DNA from: Acidimicrobiia bacterium
GTDB lineage: Bacteria > Actinomycetota > Acidimicrobiia > Spongiisociales > ZC4RG35
Assembly: GCA_050742015.1 (NCBI GenBank)
Contig: JBOGEV010000039.1
Coordinates: forward strand, 660 to 64,659
Direction: 5' to 3'
DNA: 64,000 bases
Below the pieces are notes generated by a model. That model was not told the origin of the DNA. It did not search any database and saw nothing but the letters and a program-made list of their open reading frames with translations. This document shows positions 26,624 to 34,909 of the stretch, in pieces. The stretch's first letter is position 1. Each line of letters begins with the position of its first letter. A program made the position numbers and the translations under genes.

Positions 26624-26909
26624 GTGCGGGGGGGCGACCCCCCTGCACCCCCCGCTCGGGGCCGGGTCCGTCCGTCCGCTCTGAACCGGGTCAACAAGGG
26701 GGACCCGTACAACGCGTCCACGGCCAGGCCCACGCGTCTGCCCTGACCTGTGTGATTGTGCGGGGGGCGACCCCCCTGCACCCCCCGTCCGGGGCTAGGC
26801 CCACGCGTCTGCTCTGAACTGTGTGATTGTGCGGGGGGCCACCCCTGCACCCCCCGTCCGGGCTAGGCCCACGCGTTTGCTCTGAACCGGGTCAACAAGG
26901 GGGACCCGT
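26624..26909 (+). repeat. tandem array (3 units) of a G/C-run palindromic repeat family, locus 1
   Basis: Cores GTGCGGGGGGGCGACCCCCCTGCACCCCCCGC at 26624-55, 26758-87 and 26829-56. Shared modules CGCGTCTGCTCTGAA and CCGGGTCAACAAGGGGGACCCGT. Unit lengths 134 and 71 nt. Confidence 0.85.
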
Positions 26910-26966
26910 GACACCTGGCAGTTGTTCACCGTCGTCGGCTGACCGAATCCTGGTCCGCCCGGGGAG

Positions 26967-28274
26967 TCAGATCGGCCAGATCTCGGTTTGGCGGCCGTCG
27001 AGGAACTCAGGCCTCACCCCGTCGAACCAGGCGTTCTCCTCGAGCATGATCCGGACCGGGTAGTTGTCCCACTCCGGGACCGGCGACTCGGCCATCAGTT
27101 CGATGGACCATGCGGTGTCGGCGACCAGCTGGCGGTCGCCTTCCCCCGGGACGCCGTCCTGTCGGTCCCAGAGACCGATGGTTGGCCCGGCGCCGTGTCC
27201 ATGAAATCCGATGGGGTGGGTGTAGACCTTGCCCAGGATCGCCTCGTACGTGGCCAGATCCAGCGTTGCGGAGAGCACATCGTTGCCGGTGCGCCCCAAC
27301 TCGAAATTGTCGAGGAGGATGTCCTGCAGGCGGTTGGCGATGGCCAGGGCCGCCTTCAGTCCCTCGGGCACTTGGGCCTCGCGGTCCTTCAGCACGTACC
27401 CGTGCTGTTGCTGATCAGAGCACAGAGCGTGCCACACGATGCCGAAGTCGATGTGGACCAAGTCGCCTGGCTCGATGGTCACCGCTCCGGGGTGGCTGGC
27501 CAATGAGCCGCGCAGGTCCCCGGAGTGCCGTTGCGTCGAGACAGTCGGATGGAACCAGACTTGGGTGCCCAAGTCCTGGACGGCATCCCTGAGCCACCAC
27601 TCCACGTCGTGTGTCGTCGTGAGACCGGCATCGATCACCTCAGATGAGAGAGCCCGTCTGAGCAAGCCGTGGGCAGTGGCGCAGGCCTCGGCGAGTGTCG
27701 ACCGCTCCTCCGGGAGCCGGGTCTCCAGCCATCCCACGCTCAGATCTTCACCGGGCACCAAGCGGGCGGACAGAACTGGGCCGAGAGCTGCGACCAACGT
27801 CTGGTGCTCGGTTTCGGTCAAACCGTCGCCGTGTGCGAAATGGGTCGAGGTGTTGACCGCGATTTGCCTCGGGTCCCGCTCCCGGATCAAGCCTGCGAGA
27901 GCCTTCATTTGATCCGGCTCGGCGTCGGTATCCCACCGGGCAGGAAACAGGCCGTCGACTTCGTAACGGGACACGGCGGCTCGATCGACGCCTTCTGACA
28001 TTCGAAAGAAGACGAGGATGGTGCGTCGACGAGAGGTGATCCAATTCGCCGGGAGCATGGTCAACACCACCGGGTCATCGGCGTACTCGCGGGAGAGGAG
28101 GACCCAGCAGTCGATGTCGGCGTGGTCCATGAGGCGGGGCACGATTGTGTCGAGCCGTCTCCTCGTGGTCCGGTCGCGAGTCTCGGCCGAGACACGCAGG
28201 TTCAACTTCGGGATCACCGCAGAATCCTGCCACGCCGGCCTGCGAAGGGATAACCCCGATCGGTAGCCTGGCAT
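26967..28274 (-). CDS. M24-family metallopeptidase (Xaa-Pro aminopeptidase/creatinase-like)
   Basis: Pita-bread metal-site pattern VHIDFG...HPIGFHGHG...IELM. The start may be the GTG at 28217, because the 28274 start leaves only 2 nt to the divergent gene. Confidence 0.8.
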   Translation of the reverse strand: MPGYRSGLSLRRPAWQDSAVIPKLNLRVSAETRDRTTRRRLDTIVPRLMDHADIDCWVLLSREYADDPVVLTMLPANWITSRRRTILVFFRMSEGVDRAAVSRYEVDGLFPARWDTDAEPDQMKALAGLIRERDPRQIAVNTSTHFAHGDGLTETEHQTLVAALGPVLSARLVPGEDLSVGWLETRLPEERSTLAEACATAHGLLRRALSSEVIDAGLTTTHDVEWWLRDAVQDLGTQVWFHPTVSTQRHSGDLRGSLASHPGAVTIEPGDLVHIDFGIVWHALCSDQQQHGYVLKDREAQVPEGLKAALAIANRLQDILLDNFELGRTGNDVLSATLDLATYEAILGKVYTHPIGFHGHGAGPTIGLWDRQDGVPGEGDRQLVADTAWSIELMAESPVPEWDNYPVRIMLEENAWFDGVRPEFLDGRQTEIWPI

Positions 28275-28276
28275 GC

Positions 28277-28888
28277 ATGCGATACCCAGAGAAGCTGCTC
28301 AGCCCCGGTGAGGAGATCAAGGCCCAGTTCAGGCCACACTGGTCGCGGATCGCCAGGGAGGGGATTCTCTCGATTCTCGTACTGGTGTTGATCGTCCTGA
28401 TCGCCACCCAGGGCTTCAGCGGGGGCGGCTGGGTGATCGTGGGCTTGATCGTCGCCTGGTTCGTCGTTGTGATCGCCGAGTTCATCCGGTGGTGGACGAC
28501 CCAGCATGTGATCACCACCGAGAGGGTGATCCACCGGATGGGACTGATCTCCAAACAGGGCAAGGAGATCCCACTCGAGGTGATTAACGACGTCGCCTTC
28601 AAGCAGTCGGCCTTCGAGCGAATCTTCGGGACCGGGGACCTCCTCATCGAGTCGGCCGGTACCCATGGTCAGACCCGCTACAGCGACATCCCCGAGCCGG
28701 AGGCGGTGCAGTCTTTGATCTATCAAGCCCGGGAGGATCGCCAGGTAGCCCTCGAGTCCGGCCTCAGGTCGACGGCGAGCGAGAGCCCGGCGTCGCAGCT
28801 GGCCACCCTGTCACGACTCCACGACGAGGGGAAGCTCACCGACACCGAGTTCGAAGCAGAGAAACGCAAGCTGCTCGGGGACGCCTGA
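28277..28888 (+). CDS. membrane bPH (YdbS/DUF304-like) domain protein with C-terminal SHOCT domain
   Basis: MRYPEKLLSPGEEIKAQFRPHW..., two TMs, PH-like core. C-terminus LATLSRLHDEGKLTDTEFEAEKRKLL is a SHOCT motif. Confidence 0.75.
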   Translation: MRYPEKLLSPGEEIKAQFRPHWSRIAREGILSILVLVLIVLIATQGFSGGGWVIVGLIVAWFVVVIAEFIRWWTTQHVITTERVIHRMGLISKQGKEIPLEVINDVAFKQSAFERIFGTGDLLIESAGTHGQTRYSDIPEPEAVQSLIYQAREDRQVALESGLRSTASESPASQLATLSRLHDEGKLTDTEFEAEKRKLLGDA

Positions 28889-30498
28889 TGCCGCACATGC
28901 AGGACGACTTCCCGCTCAACCTCTCCACCCTCTACGACAGGGCGGTCTGGCTCTACCCGGACCAGGAGATCGTGTCGGTCGAGTCGGACCGATCGTTGGT
29001 CCGCACCAGTTACGGCGCGACCGATGCCCGGGTGCGCCAGTTGGCCACCGCATTCCGGGACCTGGGGCTCTCGCCGGGTGAGCCTGTGGGGACATTCGCC
29101 TGGAACAACCGCCGTCATCATGAGCTGTACTGGGCGACGGCCAACACGGGTCTCGTCTGTCACACGATCAACATCAGGCTCTTCGCAGACCAGATTGCCT
29201 ACATCGTGAACCACGCCGGGGACCGGGTGATTTTCGTCGACCCCGACCTCGTCCCGCTCCTGGCTCCGATCGTCGGTCAACTCGAAACGGTGGGGACCTA
29301 CGTGGTCATGGGGGCGTCGGCGTCCGATGCCATCCCCGGGTCGATCGCATACGAGGACCTCATCGGCGACGCCGAAGAGCACGGCTCTTGGCCCCAACTC
29401 GACGAGCGTTCCCCGATGATGTTCTGTTATTCGTCGGGTACCACGGGCAATCCCAAGGGCGTGGCTTACACCCAACGCTCGACTTACCTGCACACCATCT
29501 CCAACCTGGCCAACTTCGCAATGCTCCCCACCGACAACGTGCTTCCGGTGGTCCCCATGTTCCACGCCGCGGCGTGGGGCTACCCGTTCATGGCCGTGAC
29601 CCAGGGGGCCAAGCTCACCTATCCCGGCCCCGATCTCACTCCGCAGGGTTTGGTCCCGCTGCTGGAGAATGAGAAGGTGACGTTCAGCGCCGGCGTTCCC
29701 ACCGTCTGGCTGGGGATCAAGCAATACCTCGAGGCCCACCCCGAAGCCGACCTGTCGTCGATCCGGGCTTTCCTCTGCGGTGGTTCGGCAGTGCCCAGGG
29801 CCATGATCGAGTGGTACTGGACCGCCAAAGGGATCCGCGTGGTGCAGGGCTGGGGGATGACCGAGACCAATCCCGTGGCGTCGATCAGTGTCCTCAAGCC
29901 GGAGATGGAGGATTGGGACCTGCAACGACAGCTCGATTTCCTCGAGACCGCCGGTGTCCCCGCGCCCGGCCTGGAGGTCAAGATCGTCGACGAGATCGGC
30001 GAGGAGCTTCCCCACGACGGGGAGGCGTTCGGCGAGCTGTTGATCCGCGGCCCCTGGATCGCGGCCGAGTACTACAAGGACACACGCTCGGCCCAGTCCT
30101 TCGAGGAGGGCTGGCTGCGCACGGGTGATGTGTGCAAGATCACACCCGAGGGATACATCAAGATCACCGACCGGGCCAAGGACGTGATCAAGTCGGGCGG
30201 GGAGTGGATCTCTTCGATCGACCTGGAGAACGCCCTGATGGCCCATCCCGACGTGGCCGAGGCCACCGTCGTCGGCCTCAAGCACGTGAAGTGGCAGGAG
30301 CGCCCGGTTGCGTTCGTGGTAGTGCTCGAGGGTGCCGAGGTGTCCGAGGCTGATCTGCTCGGATTCCTCGAGGATCGGGTCGCCAAGTGGTGGCTCCCGG
30401 ACCGGATTCTCTTCATCGATGAGATACCGAAGACAGGCACCGGCAAGTTCGACAAGAAAGTGGTCAGAACCGAATACGCCGACCTGTTGATGGAATAG
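28888..30498 (+). CDS. fadD: long-chain fatty acid-CoA ligase (AMP-dependent synthetase)
   Basis: AMP-binding motif [20 protein letters not shown]-terminal lid with PKTGTGKF. Confidence 0.9.
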   Translation: MPHMQDDFPLNLSTLYDRAVWLYPDQEIVSVESDRSLVRTSYGATDARVRQLATAFRDLGLSPGEPVGTFAWNNRRHHELYWATANTGLVCHTINIRLFADQIAYIVNHAGDRVIFVDPDLVPLLAPIVGQLETVGTYVVMGASASDAIPGSIAYEDLIGDAEEHGSWPQLDERSPMMFCYSSGTTGNPKGVAYTQRSTYLHTISNLANFAMLPTDNVLPVVPMFHAAAWGYPFMAVTQGAKLTYPGPDLTPQGLVPLLENEKVTFSAGVPTVWLGIKQYLEAHPEADLSSIRAFLCGGSAVPRAMIEWYWTAKGIRVVQGWGMTETNPVASISVLKPEMEDWDLQRQLDFLETAGVPAPGLEVKIVDEIGEELPHDGEAFGELLIRGPWIAAEYYKDTRSAQSFEEGWLRTGDVCKITPEGYIKITDRAKDVIKSGGEWISSIDLENALMAHPDVAEATVVGLKHVKWQERPVAFVVVLEGAEVSEADLLGFLEDRVAKWWLPDRILFIDEIPKTGTGKFDKKVVRTEYADLLME

Positions 30499-30523
30499 CG
30501 GACGCCTCGAGAGGAGGCCACCA

Positions 30524-30904
30524 ATGCTGAATCGGTTCAGGGTCTATGCGGTCCTGCCCTCGACCGACCTGGAACGAGCGAGGGCCTGGTACGAGGACAA
30601 GCTGGGGATGACTCCCGACAAGGAAGACCCGGGTGGTCTCTGGTATCAGTGTGCCGAGGGGACCTGGCTGTTTGTGACCAGAAGCGGCTACGCCGGCACG
30701 GCACAAAACACCGCGGCGTCTTTCCAGGTGTCCGGAATCGAGCAGGTCATGGCCGATGTGCGGGAGCGTGGCGTCGTTTTCGAGGAGTACGACCTCCCCG
30801 AATTCAAGACGGTCGACGGGCTTTTCTCCTCAGGGCCCTATCGGGCAGCCTGGTTCAAGGACATCGACGGGAACATCATCGAGATCTCAGAGGTCATCGA
30901 GTGA
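30524..30904 (+). CDS. VOC/glyoxalase-family protein
   Basis: About 126 aa, with the C-terminal [13 protein letters not shown] strand typical of VOC folds. RBS GAGGAGG upstream. Confidence 0.75.
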   Translation: MLNRFRVYAVLPSTDLERARAWYEDKLGMTPDKEDPGGLWYQCAEGTWLFVTRSGYAGTAQNTAASFQVSGIEQVMADVRERGVVFEEYDLPEFKTVDGLFSSGPYRAAWFKDIDGNIIEISEVIE

Positions 30905-30950
30905 ATGTCGATTTCGGCTGCCCTCGACCTCCCAATGGGGTCGGCTGAGC

Positions 30951-31241
30951 TCAGATCCCCTTGGGGCGGAAGACGAAGGACATCCCGTCGTCCCCCCGAC
31001 TTACGTCCATCACCGCCGCTGACAGGGGCTCGGCCACCTCGGGGTCGATATACATCTCTGTGCCGGACTGTTCCGTGACCTGATCAGCGTCGTCGGGACT
31101 TTCGACGAATTCGAGTCGGACTTCGAGATCGCCACCGGGCTTAAGGCCGCCGGTCAATCTTGTGCCGTGGGACTCGGGGATCCCCTCATTGCGACGGATG
31201 TTGTCCAACGCCGCTGCGGCGCTCTCGGTCAATTCGAGCAT
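30951..31241 (-). CDS. HesB/IscA-like protein lacking the conserved cysteines
   Basis: MLELTESAAAALDNI...LRLEFVESP...MYIDPEVAEPL has the IscA-fold pattern, but there is no C-terminal CGCG motif. Confidence 0.5.
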   Translation of the reverse strand: MLELTESAAAALDNIRRNEGIPESHGTRLTGGLKPGGDLEVRLEFVESPDDADQVTEQSGTEMYIDPEVAEPLSAAVMDVSRGDDGMSFVFRPKGI

Positions 31242-31351
31242 TGCGCACTCCTTGCGTGGGCTCCCTTTCCACCATAGGCAGCCCCTCAGGTTTTGCACAC
31301 CGGGTGGCCCTCAGGGCCGGTCAATCGCTTCTGGGCGTGCCCTCCCGGTCT

Positions 31352-33289
31352 TCACCGCCCGTCGGTGCTCTCCGATTCCGTGACGACGCCCCGATCGGCG
31401 CGATTCGACCGTCGTGCCCTGACCGCGGGGAGCACCTTGAGTTGCAGCACCTGCTCACGATGGCGCTCCTCCTCCAGCATGCGGCCTCGGGCATGGAGCA
31501 GGTCGAACTGGGTGAGCAGCCCCACGAGTTTGTCCGGGGCTCCGCGTTCGACCACAGGCAGGACCCCGAGCTTCGCGTCGGCCATACGGTCAGCAACCAC
31601 TCGCAGCGTCTCGTCTCCGAACGCGACGAGCACCTTGCGATACATGACGTCATCCACGACTCCGCCGAGCTCGCCGCGCGATGCTCGCTCCAGCACGTCG
31701 TTCCACGGCAGCACTCCAACCATGCTTCCCGCCGCGGTCGTAATGGGGAGCAGTCGCTGATAACGCATGCCGGATCGTTCGAGCACCATGCGGTAGACGT
31801 CTTCGAGGCGGCTTCCAACCTCGACCGTCAACACCTCGGTTGCCATCACATCGCGGACGAACAGCACCTCCAGCGGCCCGACCTCGTATTGACGTAGGAC
31901 ATGGAATCCGCGACGGGCGACCTTTTCGGTGAGTATCGAGCGTTTGAGGATGAGGACGCTCACCAGGTAGGAGACCATCGCCACCAGGAGGAGGGGCATC
32001 AGAACCTCGACATCGTGGGTCAACTCGAGGGCGAACACCACTGATGTGAGTGGTGACCGCATGACCCCGGCCATCACCGCCGTCATGCCCATCAGGGTCC
32101 AGAATCCTTGAGTGGCGGAGGGGAGTAACGGGGTCAGGAGACCGCCAACCGAGCATCCCATTATGAGGATCGGGGCCAGAATGCCGCCGCTCGTGCCCGA
32201 GCCCAAGGCGACTGCCCATATGACCAACTTGACCAGGAAGATCGACGCCAGGGCTCCGATGGCGAGTTGGCCGGCGAGCTGGTCGGCGATTGTCTCGTAG
32301 CCCACCCCCAGCGCGCGGGGCTCGATCAATCCCCCGATACCAACAACCACTCCGCCGATGGCAGGCCACCACATCCAGTGCACGGGCAACTTCTTGAAGG
32401 CGTCCTCGGCTCCATACACGGCGACGGTCAAGAGCCATGCGGCGCCCGCCCCGGCGACACCGATGAGGAGCGCACCCATGAACGGGCCGAATCCCCGTGC
32501 CAGATCGATGTCGGCAGGGAACAAGGGCTCGACGGGGAGGAGGCTCCAATCGGCGAGGACCATCCTCAGGGCTTCGGCCACTGCAGCGGCGATACCGATC
32601 AGGACCAACGACCGTGGTTTCCACTCGAAAACCAGGAGCTCGACACCGAGGAGGACAGCGGCCACCGGTGTGCCGAAAACGGCGGCCATGCCTCCGGCCG
32701 CCCCGGCCACGAGGAGGCTCCGTCGTTCCGAGGCAGAGAGGTGGAAGAACTGGGCCAGCACCGACCCCAGCGCCCCGCCGGTCAGGATGATCGGTCCCTC
32801 GGCGCCGAACGGCCCACCCGACCCGATACTGACCGCGCTCGAGATCGGCTTGAGGGCAGTCAGGCGAGGCGCCACCTTGCTCCCTCCGACGAGGATGGTC
32901 TCCATCGCCTCCGGGATGCCATGACCACGGATCTGCTCTGACCCGTATCGGGCCATGACACCCACAATCAACCCACCGACCACGGGGATCGCGATGGAAA
33001 TGACACCAAGTGTGTTGTCGGCGGGCGATACCTGGTCCAGCGAGAACCGCTGGAAGTAGAAGAGATTGGTCAGGAGGTTGATCATGGCGAGGAGGACGAG
33101 GGCGACCCCCGCCGAGATGGCTCCGATTACGGCCGCGAGCGGCACCAGACGCAGTACCGAGACCGGGGTGGTGAAGTCGCCCAGCTTGCGCTCACCGCCG
33201 AGGGCGCCTCGAGTGTCCTCGCCGAACACAATGTCGGTCGGTAGCTCACGTTCGTGCAGGGGCGGCTGATCTTCGGGTGTGGGGCTCAC
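31352..33289 (-). CDS. ClC-family chloride channel/antiporter with C-terminal tandem CBS domains
   Basis: GSGIPE-like GHGIPEA, GGPFGAEGP and GTSGGILAP selectivity motifs. Two CBS repeats at the C-terminus. GTG start. Confidence 0.9.
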   Translation of the reverse strand: MSPTPEDQPPLHERELPTDIVFGEDTRGALGGERKLGDFTTPVSVLRLVPLAAVIGAISAGVALVLLAMINLLTNLFYFQRFSLDQVSPADNTLGVISIAIPVVGGLIVGVMARYGSEQIRGHGIPEAMETILVGGSKVAPRLTALKPISSAVSIGSGGPFGAEGPIILTGGALGSVLAQFFHLSASERRSLLVAGAAGGMAAVFGTPVAAVLLGVELLVFEWKPRSLVLIGIAAAVAEALRMVLADWSLLPVEPLFPADIDLARGFGPFMGALLIGVAGAGAAWLLTVAVYGAEDAFKKLPVHWMWWPAIGGVVVGIGGLIEPRALGVGYETIADQLAGQLAIGALASIFLVKLVIWAVALGSGTSGGILAPILIMGCSVGGLLTPLLPSATQGFWTLMGMTAVMAGVMRSPLTSVVFALELTHDVEVLMPLLLVAMVSYLVSVLILKRSILTEKVARRGFHVLRQYEVGPLEVLFVRDVMATEVLTVEVGSRLEDVYRMVLERSGMRYQRLLPITTAAGSMVGVLPWNDVLERASRGELGGVVDDVMYRKVLVAFGDETLRVVADRMADAKLGVLPVVERGAPDKLVGLLTQFDLLHARGRMLEEERHREQVLQLKVLPAVRARRSNRADRGVVTESESTDGR

Positions 33290-33401
33290 CCGTCGATCAT
33301 AGAATGGAGAGTCCCGGGGGGCAGATCGGGCCTGAAGCGCCGTGTTCGGCTGTCCGTAGGGGTGTCGAGACCTGTCCCGGTCGGCGCCCGACCCGGGAGT
33401 C

Positions 33402-33662
33402 TCAGACCTCCATCAGTTGACCTGTGGTCAGGTCGAGCACGAACTCCTTGTTGCTTCTCGAGTCCGCGATGAACTGGGCCAGACGAGCCCCGGGTTGACG
33501 GACCACCCACCAGGTGAAGTCCTGCAAGCCCGACTCGGCGAATATCGCCTTGGCCGCCCTGGTCGCCTCCACCGCACTGACCTCGTCCGGATACGTGCCG
33601 ATGACCCTCTCGTCGGGGTCCTCGCGTCCACGAATCTCTGTGAACTCCACCGCCTCGAACAT
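33402..33662 (-). CDS. hypothetical small protein (86 aa)
   Basis: ATG at 33662 preceded by GGAGGAGG at 7 nt. No family recognised. Confidence 0.45.
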   Translation of the reverse strand: MFEAVEFTEIRGREDPDERVIGTYPDEVSAVEATRAAKAIFAESGLQDFTWWVVRQPGARLAQFIADSRSNKEFVLDLTTGQLMEV

Positions 33663-33695
33663 GTAACAGCCTCCTCCGCCGCGATTGTACCGAAG

Positions 33696-34094
33696 ATGCG
33701 GGCTGAAGAGCCTCGTTCCTATGCTCATTTTTCCTTGAGCGACTTCCATACCACGTGGGGCTATATCGCGGCCGGTGTCAGCGGTGTGGTCGGTTTGTGG
33801 GGGGTCTTGATCAGAAATCGGGAGCCCACGCCTCGAGCGTTCTACTACGGGGTCGGGGTGGCCGTCGTCGCGCTGCTACTCCAGATCCTGGTCGGGGTGA
33901 TCGTGGCCGGCGGCGGAGTGGACCCCGGTAACCAGCATGTGTTCTACGGTGTCGTAATCGCAGTGACCTTCTCTTTCGCCTACATATATCGATCGCAGTT
34001 CCGCAAGCGACCCGCCTTCTACTACGGGCTCCTGCTGCTGTTCACGATGGGTCTCAGCATCCGGGGGATACTGACGTTCGGCGGAAATTTCTGA
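33696..34094 (+). CDS. hypothetical 4-TM membrane protein
   Basis: Hydrophobic segments WGYIAAGVSGVVGLWGVL, VAVVALLLQILVGVIV, FYGVVIAVTFSFAYIY, YYGLLLLFTMGL. Start uncertain. Confidence 0.5.
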   Translation: MRAEEPRSYAHFSLSDFHTTWGYIAAGVSGVVGLWGVLIRNREPTPRAFYYGVGVAVVALLLQILVGVIVAGGGVDPGNQHVFYGVVIAVTFSFAYIYRSQFRKRPAFYYGLLLLFTMGLSIRGILTFGGNF

Positions 34095-34104
34095 GGAGGA
34101 AGTG

Positions 34105-34890
34105 ATGCTGCTCGGGGAAAAGAAGCTCCTGATCACCGGGATCCTCACCGACGATTCGATCGCCTGGCATGCGGCGAGGATCGCACAGGAGGAGGGCGCC
34201 GATGTCGTCGCAACCGGCTTCGGGCGAGGTCTCCGCCTGACCGAGAGGTCGGTGCAGCGTCTTCCCAACCCGTGCCCGGTCATGGAGCTCGACATCAACG
34301 ATCCGGACCAGGTGGCCGCCCTGGTGGCCGACCTGACAGATCGATGGGGAAGGATCGACGGTGCCCTGCACGCAATCGCATTCGCCCCGGAGGACGCCCT
34401 CGGGGGCAACTTCCTCAACACGCCGGCCGAATCTGCCCAGACCGCCTTCATGACCTCGGCGTTCTCCTACAAGACGCTGGCCGTGGCGCTGCTGCCGCTG
34501 ATGGAGGCCTCTGGCGGGGGCGCACTGGTGACCCTGGACTTCGACAACTCCCAGGCCTGGCCCGCCTATGACTGGATGGGTGTCGCCAAGTCGGCGCTGC
34601 AGAGTGTCACCCGATACCTGGCGCGGGACCTGGGGCCGCACGGGATCCGGGTCAACGCGGTATCTGCCGGGCCGTTGAGCACGGTCGCCGCCAAGTCGAT
34701 CCCGGGTTTCGACGCCTTCGATCGGGTGTGGAAGGACCGGGCGCCGCTGTCATGGGACGGGACGAACCCGGACCCCGTCGCCAGGATGATCTGCGTCTTG
34801 CTCAGCGATTGGGCGCCGATGACATCCGGTGAGGTGGTTCACGTCGACGGCGGTTTCCATGCCATGGCCACTGGGGTAGACGAGACCTAG
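34105..34890 (+). CDS. fabI: NADH-dependent enoyl-ACP reductase (FabI/InhA type)
   Basis: LLITGILTDDSIAW (InhA-type dinucleotide fold) with the catalytic Tyr/Lys region YDWMGVAKSAL. SD GAGGAGGA upstream. Confidence 0.9.
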   Translation: MLLGEKKLLITGILTDDSIAWHAARIAQEEGADVVATGFGRGLRLTERSVQRLPNPCPVMELDINDPDQVAALVADLTDRWGRIDGALHAIAFAPEDALGGNFLNTPAESAQTAFMTSAFSYKTLAVALLPLMEASGGGALVTLDFDNSQAWPAYDWMGVAKSALQSVTRYLARDLGPHGIRVNAVSAGPLSTVAAKSIPGFDAFDRVWKDRAPLSWDGTNPDPVARMICVLLSDWAPMTSGEVVHVDGGFHAMATGVDET

Positions 34891-34909
34891 TTGTTGTCAC
34901 AACTAGGTC
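34884..34909. terminator. perfect 11-bp hairpin between convergent fabI and kinase genes
   Basis: GACCTAGTTGT-TGTC-ACAACTAGGTC. Both stop codons lie inside the stem arms. Confidence 0.6.

Noticed and set aside
26624-26909. Repeat arrays (here and at 63221-63494) as CRISPR arrays
   Set aside because: The sequences between cores are themselves repeated and homologous between units and between loci. There are only three units per locus and no cas genes. This is a tandem/interspersed repeat family.
26125-26966. ORF-track ORFs covering the large gap (25815..26684 +, 26211..26648 -, 26246..26593 -, 26300..26746 +, 26437..26850 -)
   Set aside because: The translations are Arg/Pro/Gly-rich low-complexity strings with no RBS or recognisable domain. 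They overlap one another in several frames and run straight through hairpins, the T9 terminator and the tandem repeats. These are GC-driven open frames, not genes.
28723-30285. 520-aa ORF antisense to fadD
   Set aside because: Antisense artefact.
33290-33401. Fluoride (crcB-motif) riboswitch upstream of the ClC gene
   Set aside because: This ClC is the long CBS-domain type, not the short ClC-F type. The gap also lacks the conserved crcB-motif core, as far as I can recall it.
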